A DNA stretch of 59,983 nt, from positions 1 to 59,983 of the forward strand of contig JANOHT010000103.1 in NCBI GenBank assembly GCA_031406605.1, given 5' to 3'. Of the stretch, positions 39,426-48,087 are shown in pieces (position 1 is the first letter of the stretch; each line of letters opens with the position of its first letter). The position numbers and the translations under genes are program-made. The notes under the pieces are model-generated. The model was not told the origin of the DNA, made no database searches, and saw only the letters and a program-made list of their open reading frames with translations. The stretch comes from Methylotenera sp. (GTDB lineage Bacteria > Pseudomonadota > Gammaproteobacteria > Burkholderiales > Methylophilaceae).

Positions 39426-40214
39426 TTGTCAGATTTATTAAAAATTGCAGATAAAACTTATCGCTCTCGCTTATTAGTGGGCACAGGAAAATATCAAGAC
39501 TTCGCACAAACACGCGCAGCGATAGATGCCAGCGGTGCAGAGATTGTCACCGTGGCTATACGTCGCACTAACATCGGTCAAACAGCTGGTGAGCCATCGC
39601 TGCTAGACTTTTTACCGCCTGAAGAATTTACTTATTTACCAAATACCGCTGGTTGCTATTCAGCTGATGACGCGGTTCGCACTTTGCGCCTAGCCCGAGA
39701 GCTTTTGGATGGACATAAGCTCGTGAAGCTAGAAGTGCTTGGCGATCCAAATACGCTATACCCTAACATGATAGAAACTATTGCGGCTGCTAAAGTATTG
39801 GTTAAAGATGGTTTTGATGTGATGGTGTATTGCTCAGATGACCCGATTATTGCTAAACAACTGGAGGAAATTGGTTGTTGTGCAGTGATGCCGCTCGCAT
39901 CACTGATTGGCTCAGGCATGGGAATTTTAAATCCCTGGAATCTACAGATTATCATCGCGAATGCAAATATCCCAGTATTAGTGGATGCAGGCGTGGGAAC
40001 TGCTTCTGATGCTGCCATCGCCATGGAACTGGGCTGCCAAGGCGTGTTGATGAATACTGCGATTGCTGCTGCGCGCGACCCAGTGCTGATGGCTAGTGCC
40101 ATGAAAAAAGCGGTGGAAGCGGGTCGTGATGCTTATCTGGCTGGCCGCATGCCTAAAAAGCTGTATTCTGCTAGCCCTAGCTCACCAAGTGCTGGTTTGA
40201 TTTCTAGTGTTTGA
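39426..40214 (+). CDS. thiG: Thiazole synthase
   Basis: [31 protein letters not shown]. Confidence 0.97.
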   Translation: MSDLLKIADKTYRSRLLVGTGKYQDFAQTRAAIDASGAEIVTVAIRRTNIGQTAGEPSLLDFLPPEEFTYLPNTAGCYSADDAVRTLRLARELLDGHKLVKLEVLGDPNTLYPNMIETIAAAKVLVKDGFDVMVYCSDDPIIAKQLEEIGCCAVMPLASLIGSGMGILNPWNLQIIIANANIPVLVDAGVGTASDAAIAMELGCQGVLMNTAIAAARDPVLMASAMKKAVEAGRDAYLAGRMPKKLYSASPSSPSAGLISSV

Positions 40215-40232
40215 CTTTGTTAAAGTTGCATT

Positions 40233-40616
40233 ATGAGTAGCGATAAACATTATGAGTGTACAGTGACGGTAGAAGTAAGTTTTATTGCCGAACAATCGGA
40301 TGTCGCGCGTAATCGCTATGCATTTGCTTACCACGTCAAAATTACTAACACAGGTAGTGTTGCTGCGCAGTTGATTAGCCGGCATTGGTTAATTACAGAG
40401 GCTAGCGGTGAGCAGCAAGAGGTGAAAGGCCTCGGTGTAATTGGTGAGCAGCCCTTGCTGAACCCGAGTGAGTATTTTGAATATACTAGTGGTACCGTCA
40501 TTAATTCACCTATGGGTGAAATGCACGGTACTTACCAAATGGTTGCTGAAGATGGCACGCGATTTGAGGCGGTTATTCAGCCTTTTGCGCTCAGTATGCC
40601 TAGAACCTTACATTAG
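40233..40616 (+). CDS. apaG: ApaG protein
   Basis: QLISRHW.IT, V.G.GVIGEQP, FEYTSG. Confidence 0.95.
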   Translation: MSSDKHYECTVTVEVSFIAEQSDVARNRYAFAYHVKITNTGSVAAQLISRHWLITEASGEQQEVKGLGVIGEQPLLNPSEYFEYTSGTVINSPMGEMHGTYQMVAEDGTRFEAVIQPFALSMPRTLH

Positions 40617-40657
40617 ATTTTGCTTTAAATTACGGCTTAATAGGCAATGATAAAAAA

Positions 40658-41986
40658 TTGATGAAAAAAATAGCAATATTCTCTTTAACGATATTGATGA
40701 TGTGTGCACTCAGTTCTTGTGCGAATAAGAAGCTGAAACCTAGTCCACCCGTGGCATCAAAACAGAAATGTGACTGTGCAAATATCAAAAATGCGGAGTC
40801 AAATGTTGGTAAGCCCATCAATAAAATATCCCCACAAATCCCTGAGCCAAAAACTATTGAGCCTAAAGGTGCAGATTCAAAAGCAGAGTTCAAGATTGCA
40901 GACTATGGTCTATTAAAACCTGCACAGTGGGAAGATGTTGATGGATTGGCTGCAAATAATCTAGTCCAAAACAGCTTAAGTTTTGCGTGGCCTGCGTGGG
41001 CGTTGAGTTGCACAACTTTAGTCAATAAACCTATGTGGAAAAGTGCTTGTAATGCAGCTACTGTACTTAATAGCCAAACTGCCAATAAGCCCAATGATGA
41101 AGCCGTGCTTGCTTATTTTAAGCAGAATTTTTCAGTATATAAAACGACCAATATTGATGGTACGGATAGTGGTGTGATTACTGGCTATTATGAGCCACTT
41201 TTAAAAGGTAGTCGTACAAGATCAGCTAAATATCCGCACCCTTTATACCAGACGCCAAATGATTTAATTACGGTAGAGTTGGATAATATATACCCCGAAC
41301 TTAAATTTAAGCGTATACGCGGAAAGTTGGTTGGCAATAAATTAGTGCCTTACTACAGTCGTGCCGAAATAGAAGTTGAAGCTTCGCCCATTAAGGGGCG
41401 CGAGTTTATTTATATTGACGACATTATTGATGTTTTTTTCCTGCATATTCAAGGTTCTGGTTTAGTGCAATTAGAAAATGGCGAGCAAATCCACGTCGGT
41501 TATGCTGATCAAAACGGTCAGGCCTACAACTCAATTGGTCGTTTGCTCATCGAACGCGGCGAACTCAATGCTTCCAATGCCTCTATGCAAGGGATTAAAA
41601 ATTGGGCGCGTAATAATCCAGCTAAGTTGCGAGACTTGCTTAATAGTAACCCAAGCTATGTATTTTTTAGAGAGCTGCCCGCAGGTTTGCCAGGCCCGCT
41701 TGGTGCGCTTGGTGTACCTATATTAGCTGAACGTAGCGTGGCGATCGATCCAAAATATGTGCCACTTGGTGCTCCAGTATTTTTATCTACCACTGAACCA
41801 AATACCACTAAACCACTAAAGCGGTTAATGATGGCGCAAGATACTGGTGGTGCGATTAAAGGTGGTGTAAGGGCTGACTTTTTTTGGGGTTCAGGGTCTG
41901 AAGCCGGTGCAAAAGCAGGTGCTATGAAGCAAGCTGGAAAAATCTGGGTACTCTTACCGAAAGAATTTGTTCTGCCACAGCAATAA
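40658..41986 (+). CDS. mltA: Membrane-bound lytic murein transglycosylase A
   Basis: Lipobox, TGYYEP, IQGSG, NPSYVFF, 3D domain AQDTGGAIKG..RADFFWG. Confidence 0.93.
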   Translation: MMKKIAIFSLTILMMCALSSCANKKLKPSPPVASKQKCDCANIKNAESNVGKPINKISPQIPEPKTIEPKGADSKAEFKIADYGLLKPAQWEDVDGLAANNLVQNSLSFAWPAWALSCTTLVNKPMWKSACNAATVLNSQTANKPNDEAVLAYFKQNFSVYKTTNIDGTDSGVITGYYEPLLKGSRTRSAKYPHPLYQTPNDLITVELDNIYPELKFKRIRGKLVGNKLVPYYSRAEIEVEASPIKGREFIYIDDIIDVFFLHIQGSGLVQLENGEQIHVGYADQNGQAYNSIGRLLIERGELNASNASMQGIKNWARNNPAKLRDLLNSNPSYVFFRELPAGLPGPLGALGVPILAERSVAIDPKYVPLGAPVFLSTTEPNTTKPLKRLMMAQDTGGAIKGGVRADFFWGSGSEAGAKAGAMKQAGKIWVLLPKEFVLPQQ

Positions 41987-42015
41987 GTAATACGTACTAA
42001 AAATTTAGGCAACAA

Positions 42016-42040
42016 AAAAGGGTGCTTTAGGCACCCTTTT
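42016..42040. terminator. Bidirectional terminator between mltA and pqqA
   Basis: aaaagggtgc-tttag-gcaccctttt. Confidence 0.8.
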
Positions 42041-42082
42041 GATTATATATTTGGACGCTAAAGTCCAAATTAATAATTTAAA

Positions 42083-42154
42083 TTACTTGTTCATTACGTA
42101 CATTGTAACTTCAAAACCGAAACGCATTTCAGTAGCAGCTGGTGTAGTCCACAT
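42083..42154 (-). CDS. pqqA: PQQ precursor peptide PqqA, copy 2
   Basis: Hand translation gives MWTTPAATEMRFGFEVTMYVMNK*. RBS aggag. Not in the ORF track. Confidence 0.96.
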   Translation of the reverse strand: MWTTPAATEMRFGFEVTMYVMNK

Positions 42155-42221
42155 AATAATTCTCCTGTTGGGTTAATTTCGCATCGCATTTGCTTAAAAG
42201 CATCTACTTAACGTGAAATCA

Positions 42222-42288
42222 ATAGTACGGCTTATCGTAAATAACAACATGATGTGAGTCATTAAAGAGTGCTAATGAAAATCATTAG
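42222..42288 (-). promoter_or_regulatory. Putative pqqA copy 2 promoter with palindromic upstream box
   Basis: -10 TACTAT at 42222-42227. Perfect palindrome ctaatga-aaa-tcattag at 42272-42288 and a weaker box at 42252-42263. Confidence 0.55.
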
Positions 42289-42332
42289 ATGGTGCTTGGT
42301 TGTACTTTAGCAGGCTTGCTCGGTTGTTTGTA

Positions 42333-44621
42333 TTAACTCGGCTTTTTGAATCTTTTAATCAACTTCTTTATGCCTTTTCGACCAACTTTTCTTTTCAACT
42401 CAACTTTAAAGTCATATAAATAAAAAGCTAATCTATATTTAAACGTGAATTTTTGCCCCAGACTACCCAAATATAAGCCCATTAGGCGCTCACGCCCAGC
42501 CCAGTGCAGTTTGTTGCAAATACGTGTGAGGTCAGCCATACGCTCAGTAATTGTGATGGCATGATTAAAAAATCGTGCGCGTGCAGTGTCGATTAGTGAA
42601 AAATGTAATGTGTTATCCTGTTGCATCTGCACCAGTACATTGCCGCCGGATAAGTCTCTAAAAAACACGCCACGTCCGTGTAAACTCAGCAAGTATTGTG
42701 CAAACTGCAGGTACATATCCTCAGCGCTAATAGCCCAGCCCTTGTTAATATTTGCATATTTTTTATTGCCATTAGCAAAATTAATAAACATTTCGCCCAC
42801 TGAGCAGTCTGCATTTACAAAGTCGCAAATATAAAAATTTTGTTTTAATGACACATCATCTTGTTTCTCAAAAAAAGCCACTGGTTTTGCTGTGTCGATA
42901 CCACGCCTTAGCAATTCGACGGCACCATTCCAGCTACGTTTAGCTTTGCTTGGCTTAAAGCGGTCAAACAATGACTTATGCGGATACATTTTTACAGGTT
43001 GTTTGAGGGTAATTTTTTGTACAGGGTTGCGTGGATCTGGTATTGCCCAAATGGCGTTACGTGCATGGCGCAGAGCATGTTCTTTAAGTGGACTGGCTAA
43101 TTTTGCTGGGTTTAATTGCTCGGTTAATAATGCCGCTTCATGATTGTCTTTAGCTAGAATTAGACCAAACCAGCCGTCTTTGCAAAACCTGTAATAATTC
43201 AACCCTTGAATATGTGCATCAATAGCCAAGCTTTTTGCTAATTTTGGTTGCGCCAATACACCAACTTGGTAGTTTTTAGGCCATTTTAGGTAAAGTGGAG
43301 ATTCACTGATTAAAGGCATGCTTTGCATGAAAGGTTGCCCATCCCGATCAATAATCTCAGCTTGCTCAATACTCTCTCGCTGATAAACATCTTCTAAAAA
43401 AGCGACTTTGCCGTTAATGGTCCACAGCGCATGAATTTCATGGGCTGCTGTTTGAAAGTGGTGTACTTCCAAGCCCTGCGTAGTGGCAAGTGTGGACTGA
43501 TAGCGAGCACCTTGGACAATTTTAGCAACGGTTTGTATTGCGTTAAAACTTGCATACGGTCTAAAGTTATTGATATTTCCATCTACGCTGGCATAGTGGG
43601 TTACACGCTCAAGCGCAGGATATTCAGCATCTTTTAAACCGTCATCGATTAATCCTTCACGATGACAAATAAATGCCCCCCAAAATGCTTGATTTAATGC
43701 GCCTGAAGCCGCAGCAAGCAACATATACCTTGCAGCATAATCAGCTTGTTTTTGTTCGCCATTAGATAGCAAACGTTCAATACGATAAATTGCCCAAAAT
43801 GCGACGGGTGAAACTAGTTTTGCAACGTCAAAATCTGTACTGATTTTTCTGAGTAAGCGTGCTTTTTTGATGAGATTCACTTTGAAAACGGTCGACCAGC
43901 GATAGCTAAATACTTTGTGATCAAAACGTTCAGGCTCGGAAATGCGCTCGCTGAACAAATTATTCGTATGCACGTCAGGCAGTTGATTCCGAGCTTTTAA
44001 TAATGCCAAAATGCCAATGTTGTAAATCAACTCAAAATCTGTAACGTTTGGACCGGCTAGCTCAAGGTTACGTTGTTTAATCGCATTAAATGCAATACGC
44101 CAAGTATGCAAAAACCCATCAACTGTGTAGCCTGCCCAGCGTTTACGATTGATGGTAGAGCCAATTTCAACTCGCATTAGTTTTTGGCCAAAACGATTTA
44201 GCACTTCGTCTAAAAACGATTGCCAAACCGCTTGTTCGGCCATACTCTCCATGTTTCTAGCACAATTAAATGGCTGCACAATATGCAGTGTGATTTTGAA
44301 GTTATCTGAAATCAACTTATCTAAAAAACGTGCATTAAAGCTACTTAAATCACCATAGGTAAAGTCTAGACGTACTTGCTTTACACCAAGCACATTCAAG
44401 TTTTGAATAACGTAGTCATCCATTTGGGCATCAATGGCTGAAGCGACGCACACCCCAATAAAGTCATCAGGAACAATATGCCCTGTCATTGGTAAATGCG
44501 CATTTTTAACATAAAGCTTACCGCACAATACATAAGACAAACCCATTCGAATGATGGGCCATGTAAGCATGCTAGGTTGTTTATTGGTTTTATTGGCTTT
44601 TAAGTTTTTAATAATACTCAT
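42333..44621 (-). CDS. Fusion of a glycoside-hydrolase-like TIM barrel and a Kdo/WaaP/InaA-family LPS kinase
   Basis: N-terminal LGVKQVRLDF, VEIGSTIN and LAGP resemble clan GH-A. C-terminal FFRDLSGGNVL, LIDTAR and R.ADL.R are kinase motifs. Confidence 0.7.
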   Translation of the reverse strand: MSIIKNLKANKTNKQPSMLTWPIIRMGLSYVLCGKLYVKNAHLPMTGHIVPDDFIGVCVASAIDAQMDDYVIQNLNVLGVKQVRLDFTYGDLSSFNARFLDKLISDNFKITLHIVQPFNCARNMESMAEQAVWQSFLDEVLNRFGQKLMRVEIGSTINRKRWAGYTVDGFLHTWRIAFNAIKQRNLELAGPNVTDFELIYNIGILALLKARNQLPDVHTNNLFSERISEPERFDHKVFSYRWSTVFKVNLIKKARLLRKISTDFDVAKLVSPVAFWAIYRIERLLSNGEQKQADYAARYMLLAAASGALNQAFWGAFICHREGLIDDGLKDAEYPALERVTHYASVDGNINNFRPYASFNAIQTVAKIVQGARYQSTLATTQGLEVHHFQTAAHEIHALWTINGKVAFLEDVYQRESIEQAEIIDRDGQPFMQSMPLISESPLYLKWPKNYQVGVLAQPKLAKSLAIDAHIQGLNYYRFCKDGWFGLILAKDNHEAALLTEQLNPAKLASPLKEHALRHARNAIWAIPDPRNPVQKITLKQPVKMYPHKSLFDRFKPSKAKRSWNGAVELLRRGIDTAKPVAFFEKQDDVSLKQNFYICDFVNADCSVGEMFINFANGNKKYANINKGWAISAEDMYLQFAQYLLSLHGRGVFFRDLSGGNVLVQMQQDNTLHFSLIDTARARFFNHAITITERMADLTRICNKLHWAGRERLMGLYLGSLGQKFTFKYRLAFYLYDFKVELKRKVGRKGIKKLIKRFKKPS

Positions 44622-44630
44622 AAGTGTAAA

Positions 44631-46622
44631 TTAAGGCAGGCGATAACGTTGCTCGTTGTAAAGTAAGTCGGGCAACAAAGAGTTCGCTAAAGCGCGTTGT
44701 TCCAATTCTTTGGCATTTTGTGGAGGCGCTACTTCAGCTAGTTTTTTGAGTTTTGCATCATACAAGCCATGTGCTGGCGCCTTGCCTGCGCGTAGCACGA
44801 CTACTTCTTTATCGGTCTTGCTCTCTTCCATCCAGGCAAAATTATCATTGTATTGCATCATTGCGCGCCCCATGACATCTGATGCTTCGCTTGATAAATC
44901 TCGCCCAGTCATGGGGTGCTGCGCTTCAATGCCCATCAGCGATAACAATGTGACAGGTAAGTCAATTTGACTCGTCACGCTAGTAAGGCGCTGCGGCTTA
45001 ATATCAGCACCTAAAATCAGGCCTGGGATGTGGAATCGTTCAATAGGTACCAAGGTGTCGCCTCGCACCCGTATGTCGTGATCGGCTACCACTAAAAATA
45101 CCGTATCTTTCCAATAGGCGCTCTTTTTCGCTTTTTCAAAAAATTGACCTATTGCGTAGTCTGCATACTTAACAGCATTATTTTCAGTTGCTTTCGGTTG
45201 CTCATATAGCTCAATGCGACCATCAGGAAACTCAAAAGGCGCGTGGTTTGATGATGAAAAAGCCAAAGTGAAAAATGGTTTGCCAGACTGATGGTGTGCA
45301 AGCAATTGCTCATGGGTTTTGTTCAATAAGTCTTCGTCCGATGCTCCCCAGCTCCCTACAAACACAGGGTTTTTATAATCTTTCTGATCTACAATATTTT
45401 GAAAGCCATTGCCTGTAAAGAAGCCGCGCATATTATCAAAGTGAGACTCACCGCCATAGATAAATTCAGTGCTATAGCCTTGTTTGGCAAGTAACGATGC
45501 GAGCGTGAAAAAGTTTTTCTGCGATTTGGTGAGTTTAACTGTGCTGTCAGCAGGTGTAGGTTGAAAGCCTGTGGTAACGGCTTCAATCCCACGTACAGAG
45601 CGCGTCCCCGTGGCGTAGAGTTGTTCAAACCAAATACCTTCTTCTTTAAGCTTTTCTAAATTGGGTGTCACTGGTACACCACCTAGAGATTCAACAAAAG
45701 TTGCGCCTAAACTCTCTTGCAGCACGATGACTAAGTTAAGTGGTTTGTCACGCTTATGGCTTGGGATGAGTGTTTTTAATGTGGGGATATCCGTATCCTG
45801 ATTACCTGTGAGCTTAAATATTTCTTCGCGTGGCATTTTGCCGTACATCTCGCTTGATTTGTTCTCTCTAAGCATGTTGTAAACTGCGTAAGTCACAGAG
45901 TAGCTCGAGTTCAAAATCAGGCTGTTCACCATGCTGTCAGCAGTAATTGCAAATAACGCAGGGTTCGCTGGTCGATGACCTAAAGTTGATCGTATGCCCA
46001 GCGCGAGTAAAACGAAAATGAGTGGCCAGGTAATTAATGTTTTTGTAAGACTCCAGTTTGATTGGGTTGAGGTGGTAAGCCATGGCTTCATTAATTTGCA
46101 CATTGCATAAATTGTGAGCGTAACAAATATTAGGCTGGCAAAGATATGAATACGGAAACCGCCCCATAGCATGCTGACCACTTCATGCGGATACTTTAGG
46201 TATTCAACAAAAATACGGTTAGGCCGTACATCATACTCAGCAATAAAACCAGGCGTAGCAACCTCTAAAAATACCAATAGCACCACGACCAGAATCACCC
46301 AGAAATAAGTAAATCTTTGCCAACCGCGCCACCATTTGCTAAGGGCAAAAAAAGGTAATAAAAGCACTGGGATTAAACTCAACAAACATAGCTGGATGAT
46401 GTCGACCCGTAAACCTTGTATTAAAATCTCAGCTAATTTCCCAGTCGCATTAATACGATCTAGCTTCCATAACACCAAACCAAAGCGTGAGGCGCTTAGT
46501 ACGATTAGGCCGATGATCAGCATTGCCATCAGCGGCGCGTATGGACCAGTCATTATTGGCCGTTGCCATGTGCGGGTAATCGCATTTTTTAAACATAAAA
46601 CCGTTGAGCTTACTAAATACAT
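44631..46622 (-). CDS. LTA synthase / phosphoglycerol transferase family membrane sulfatase
   Basis: N-terminal TM helices, NLVIVLQES, TGTRSVRG, SNHAPF, VADHD. Start may be ATG 46553. Confidence 0.88.
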   Translation of the reverse strand: MYLVSSTVLCLKNAITRTWQRPIMTGPYAPLMAMLIIGLIVLSASRFGLVLWKLDRINATGKLAEILIQGLRVDIIQLCLLSLIPVLLLPFFALSKWWRGWQRFTYFWVILVVVLLVFLEVATPGFIAEYDVRPNRIFVEYLKYPHEVVSMLWGGFRIHIFASLIFVTLTIYAMCKLMKPWLTTSTQSNWSLTKTLITWPLIFVLLALGIRSTLGHRPANPALFAITADSMVNSLILNSSYSVTYAVYNMLRENKSSEMYGKMPREEIFKLTGNQDTDIPTLKTLIPSHKRDKPLNLVIVLQESLGATFVESLGGVPVTPNLEKLKEEGIWFEQLYATGTRSVRGIEAVTTGFQPTPADSTVKLTKSQKNFFTLASLLAKQGYSTEFIYGGESHFDNMRGFFTGNGFQNIVDQKDYKNPVFVGSWGASDEDLLNKTHEQLLAHHQSGKPFFTLAFSSSNHAPFEFPDGRIELYEQPKATENNAVKYADYAIGQFFEKAKKSAYWKDTVFLVVADHDIRVRGDTLVPIERFHIPGLILGADIKPQRLTSVTSQIDLPVTLLSLMGIEAQHPMTGRDLSSEASDVMGRAMMQYNDNFAWMEESKTDKEVVVLRAGKAPAHGLYDAKLKKLAEVAPPQNAKELEQRALANSLLPDLLYNEQRYRLP

Positions 46623-46689
46623 GGTTGATTTCCAAACAAGTTTTGATGAATTATTCTGATTAATTGATAGTTACAGGATTATAAAGCGT

Positions 46690-46714
46690 AAGCATCGGCA
46701 TAATGCCGATGCTT
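46690..46714. repeat. Intergenic palindrome, REP-like
   Basis: aagcatcggcat-a-atgccgatgctt, a perfect 12-bp inverted repeat. Confidence 0.5.
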
Positions 46715-46794
46715 TACGAAATTTCTTATTTAGGATTGATTTTACGTGTTGTCGTTCTCTAACCAGGTGTTGATTTTTTAACTTTATACTCTAA

Positions 46795-47997
46795 TTAAGC
46801 TTTAGTCCGCCTAGACCAAGCAATCAAGCTGATTGCCACAAAAATGACTGCGCCAAATATGGTGGCAGTTTGCACAACGGGCAGGCTGTTTTTTTGCATA
46901 ACAATATAGATGCCTATTAATATTAACATTGTGAAGTTTTCAAAGAAATTCTGTACCGCAACTGCATTGCCTGCGCCTACGGTTTCGTGTCCTCGTTCCT
47001 GCAATAGTGCGTTGAGCGGCACTACGTAAAATCCACCGGTGCCACCAATTAAAATTAGCAGACAGATTGCAATGGTTAAGTTTGAGCTGTGCGCGAATAG
47101 CATAATCAGTATTCCAATCGACATGCCAATCGGCAGCACTCGATTTACATTTTTTAGGGTAATAGTTGATGCTGCAAGCGCAGCACCTACCGCGATCCCA
47201 ATCGCTACCACACCACTTAGATTTGCTGGCATGCTTAAATCAGTAATACTTAACGCGACGGGTACCCATGCAACTAAAAGTAGGCGTAGCGTTGAGCCAG
47301 CACCCCAAAATACACTAGTTCCTAATAGCGATAATCTTGCATCACGGTTACTGAATAAGGTCTTTAGAGCGCTCATAAAATTCTGAATTAATGATACTAG
47401 TGCAAAGGTCTGGTTTTGCTTTGCTGGTGGCAGCTTTGGTATTAACGCGTTAACAAGAGCTGCAAGCAAATAACATGCGCATACTGTAATTAATGCAGTT
47501 GAAACGGCAATGTCAGCTAGTTTTCCACCTAGCACTGCGCCTAGCAAAATAGCCACAATGGTCGAGCCTTCCATCATGCCATTGGCTTTAACTAGTTTAT
47601 CGGCGGGTACCAACTCGCTTAAAATACCATATTTAGCGGGGGAATATGCGGCTGCACCAACGCCTACTAAGCCATACGCCAGTAATGGATTCATGCCAAT
47701 GAACATAGCACTTGCGCCAGTTAATTTAAGAATATTGGCAATAAGCATCACACGCCCTTTTGGATAGCTGTCAGCAAACGGACCAACAAATGGTGCCATT
47801 ACAATAAAAGCAATCACAAAAAATTCTTGCAGCATCGGAATCTGCCAGTTAGGGGCAGTGTTTGATTTTAGTAGCGCAATCGCTGCAAATAACAGCGCGT
47901 TGTCTGCTAAAGCTGACATGAACTGTGCTATCAATACCGCAATCATGCCGCGGGATGTAAGTGAGTGCTTATCTGTGCTCGAACTTTCTTGGCTCAT
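46795..47997 (-). CDS. lplT: Lysophospholipid transporter LplT
   Basis: AQF.SALADNAL, GAAAYSPAKYGIL, VVPLNALLQERG. Next to aas. Confidence 0.93.
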   Translation of the reverse strand: MSQESSSTDKHSLTSRGMIAVLIAQFMSALADNALLFAAIALLKSNTAPNWQIPMLQEFFVIAFIVMAPFVGPFADSYPKGRVMLIANILKLTGASAMFIGMNPLLAYGLVGVGAAAYSPAKYGILSELVPADKLVKANGMMEGSTIVAILLGAVLGGKLADIAVSTALITVCACYLLAALVNALIPKLPPAKQNQTFALVSLIQNFMSALKTLFSNRDARLSLLGTSVFWGAGSTLRLLLVAWVPVALSITDLSMPANLSGVVAIGIAVGAALAASTITLKNVNRVLPIGMSIGILIMLFAHSSNLTIAICLLILIGGTGGFYVVPLNALLQERGHETVGAGNAVAVQNFFENFTMLILIGIYIVMQKNSLPVVQTATIFGAVIFVAISLIAWSRRTKA

Positions 47998-48087
47998 GCA
48001 GATACTTTCATAAATAAAACTTTGATTGTAGAGGTTAGCTTGAAAAGTGTCTCACATACTTGTAATACCTTTATTTTTTCACATTGC

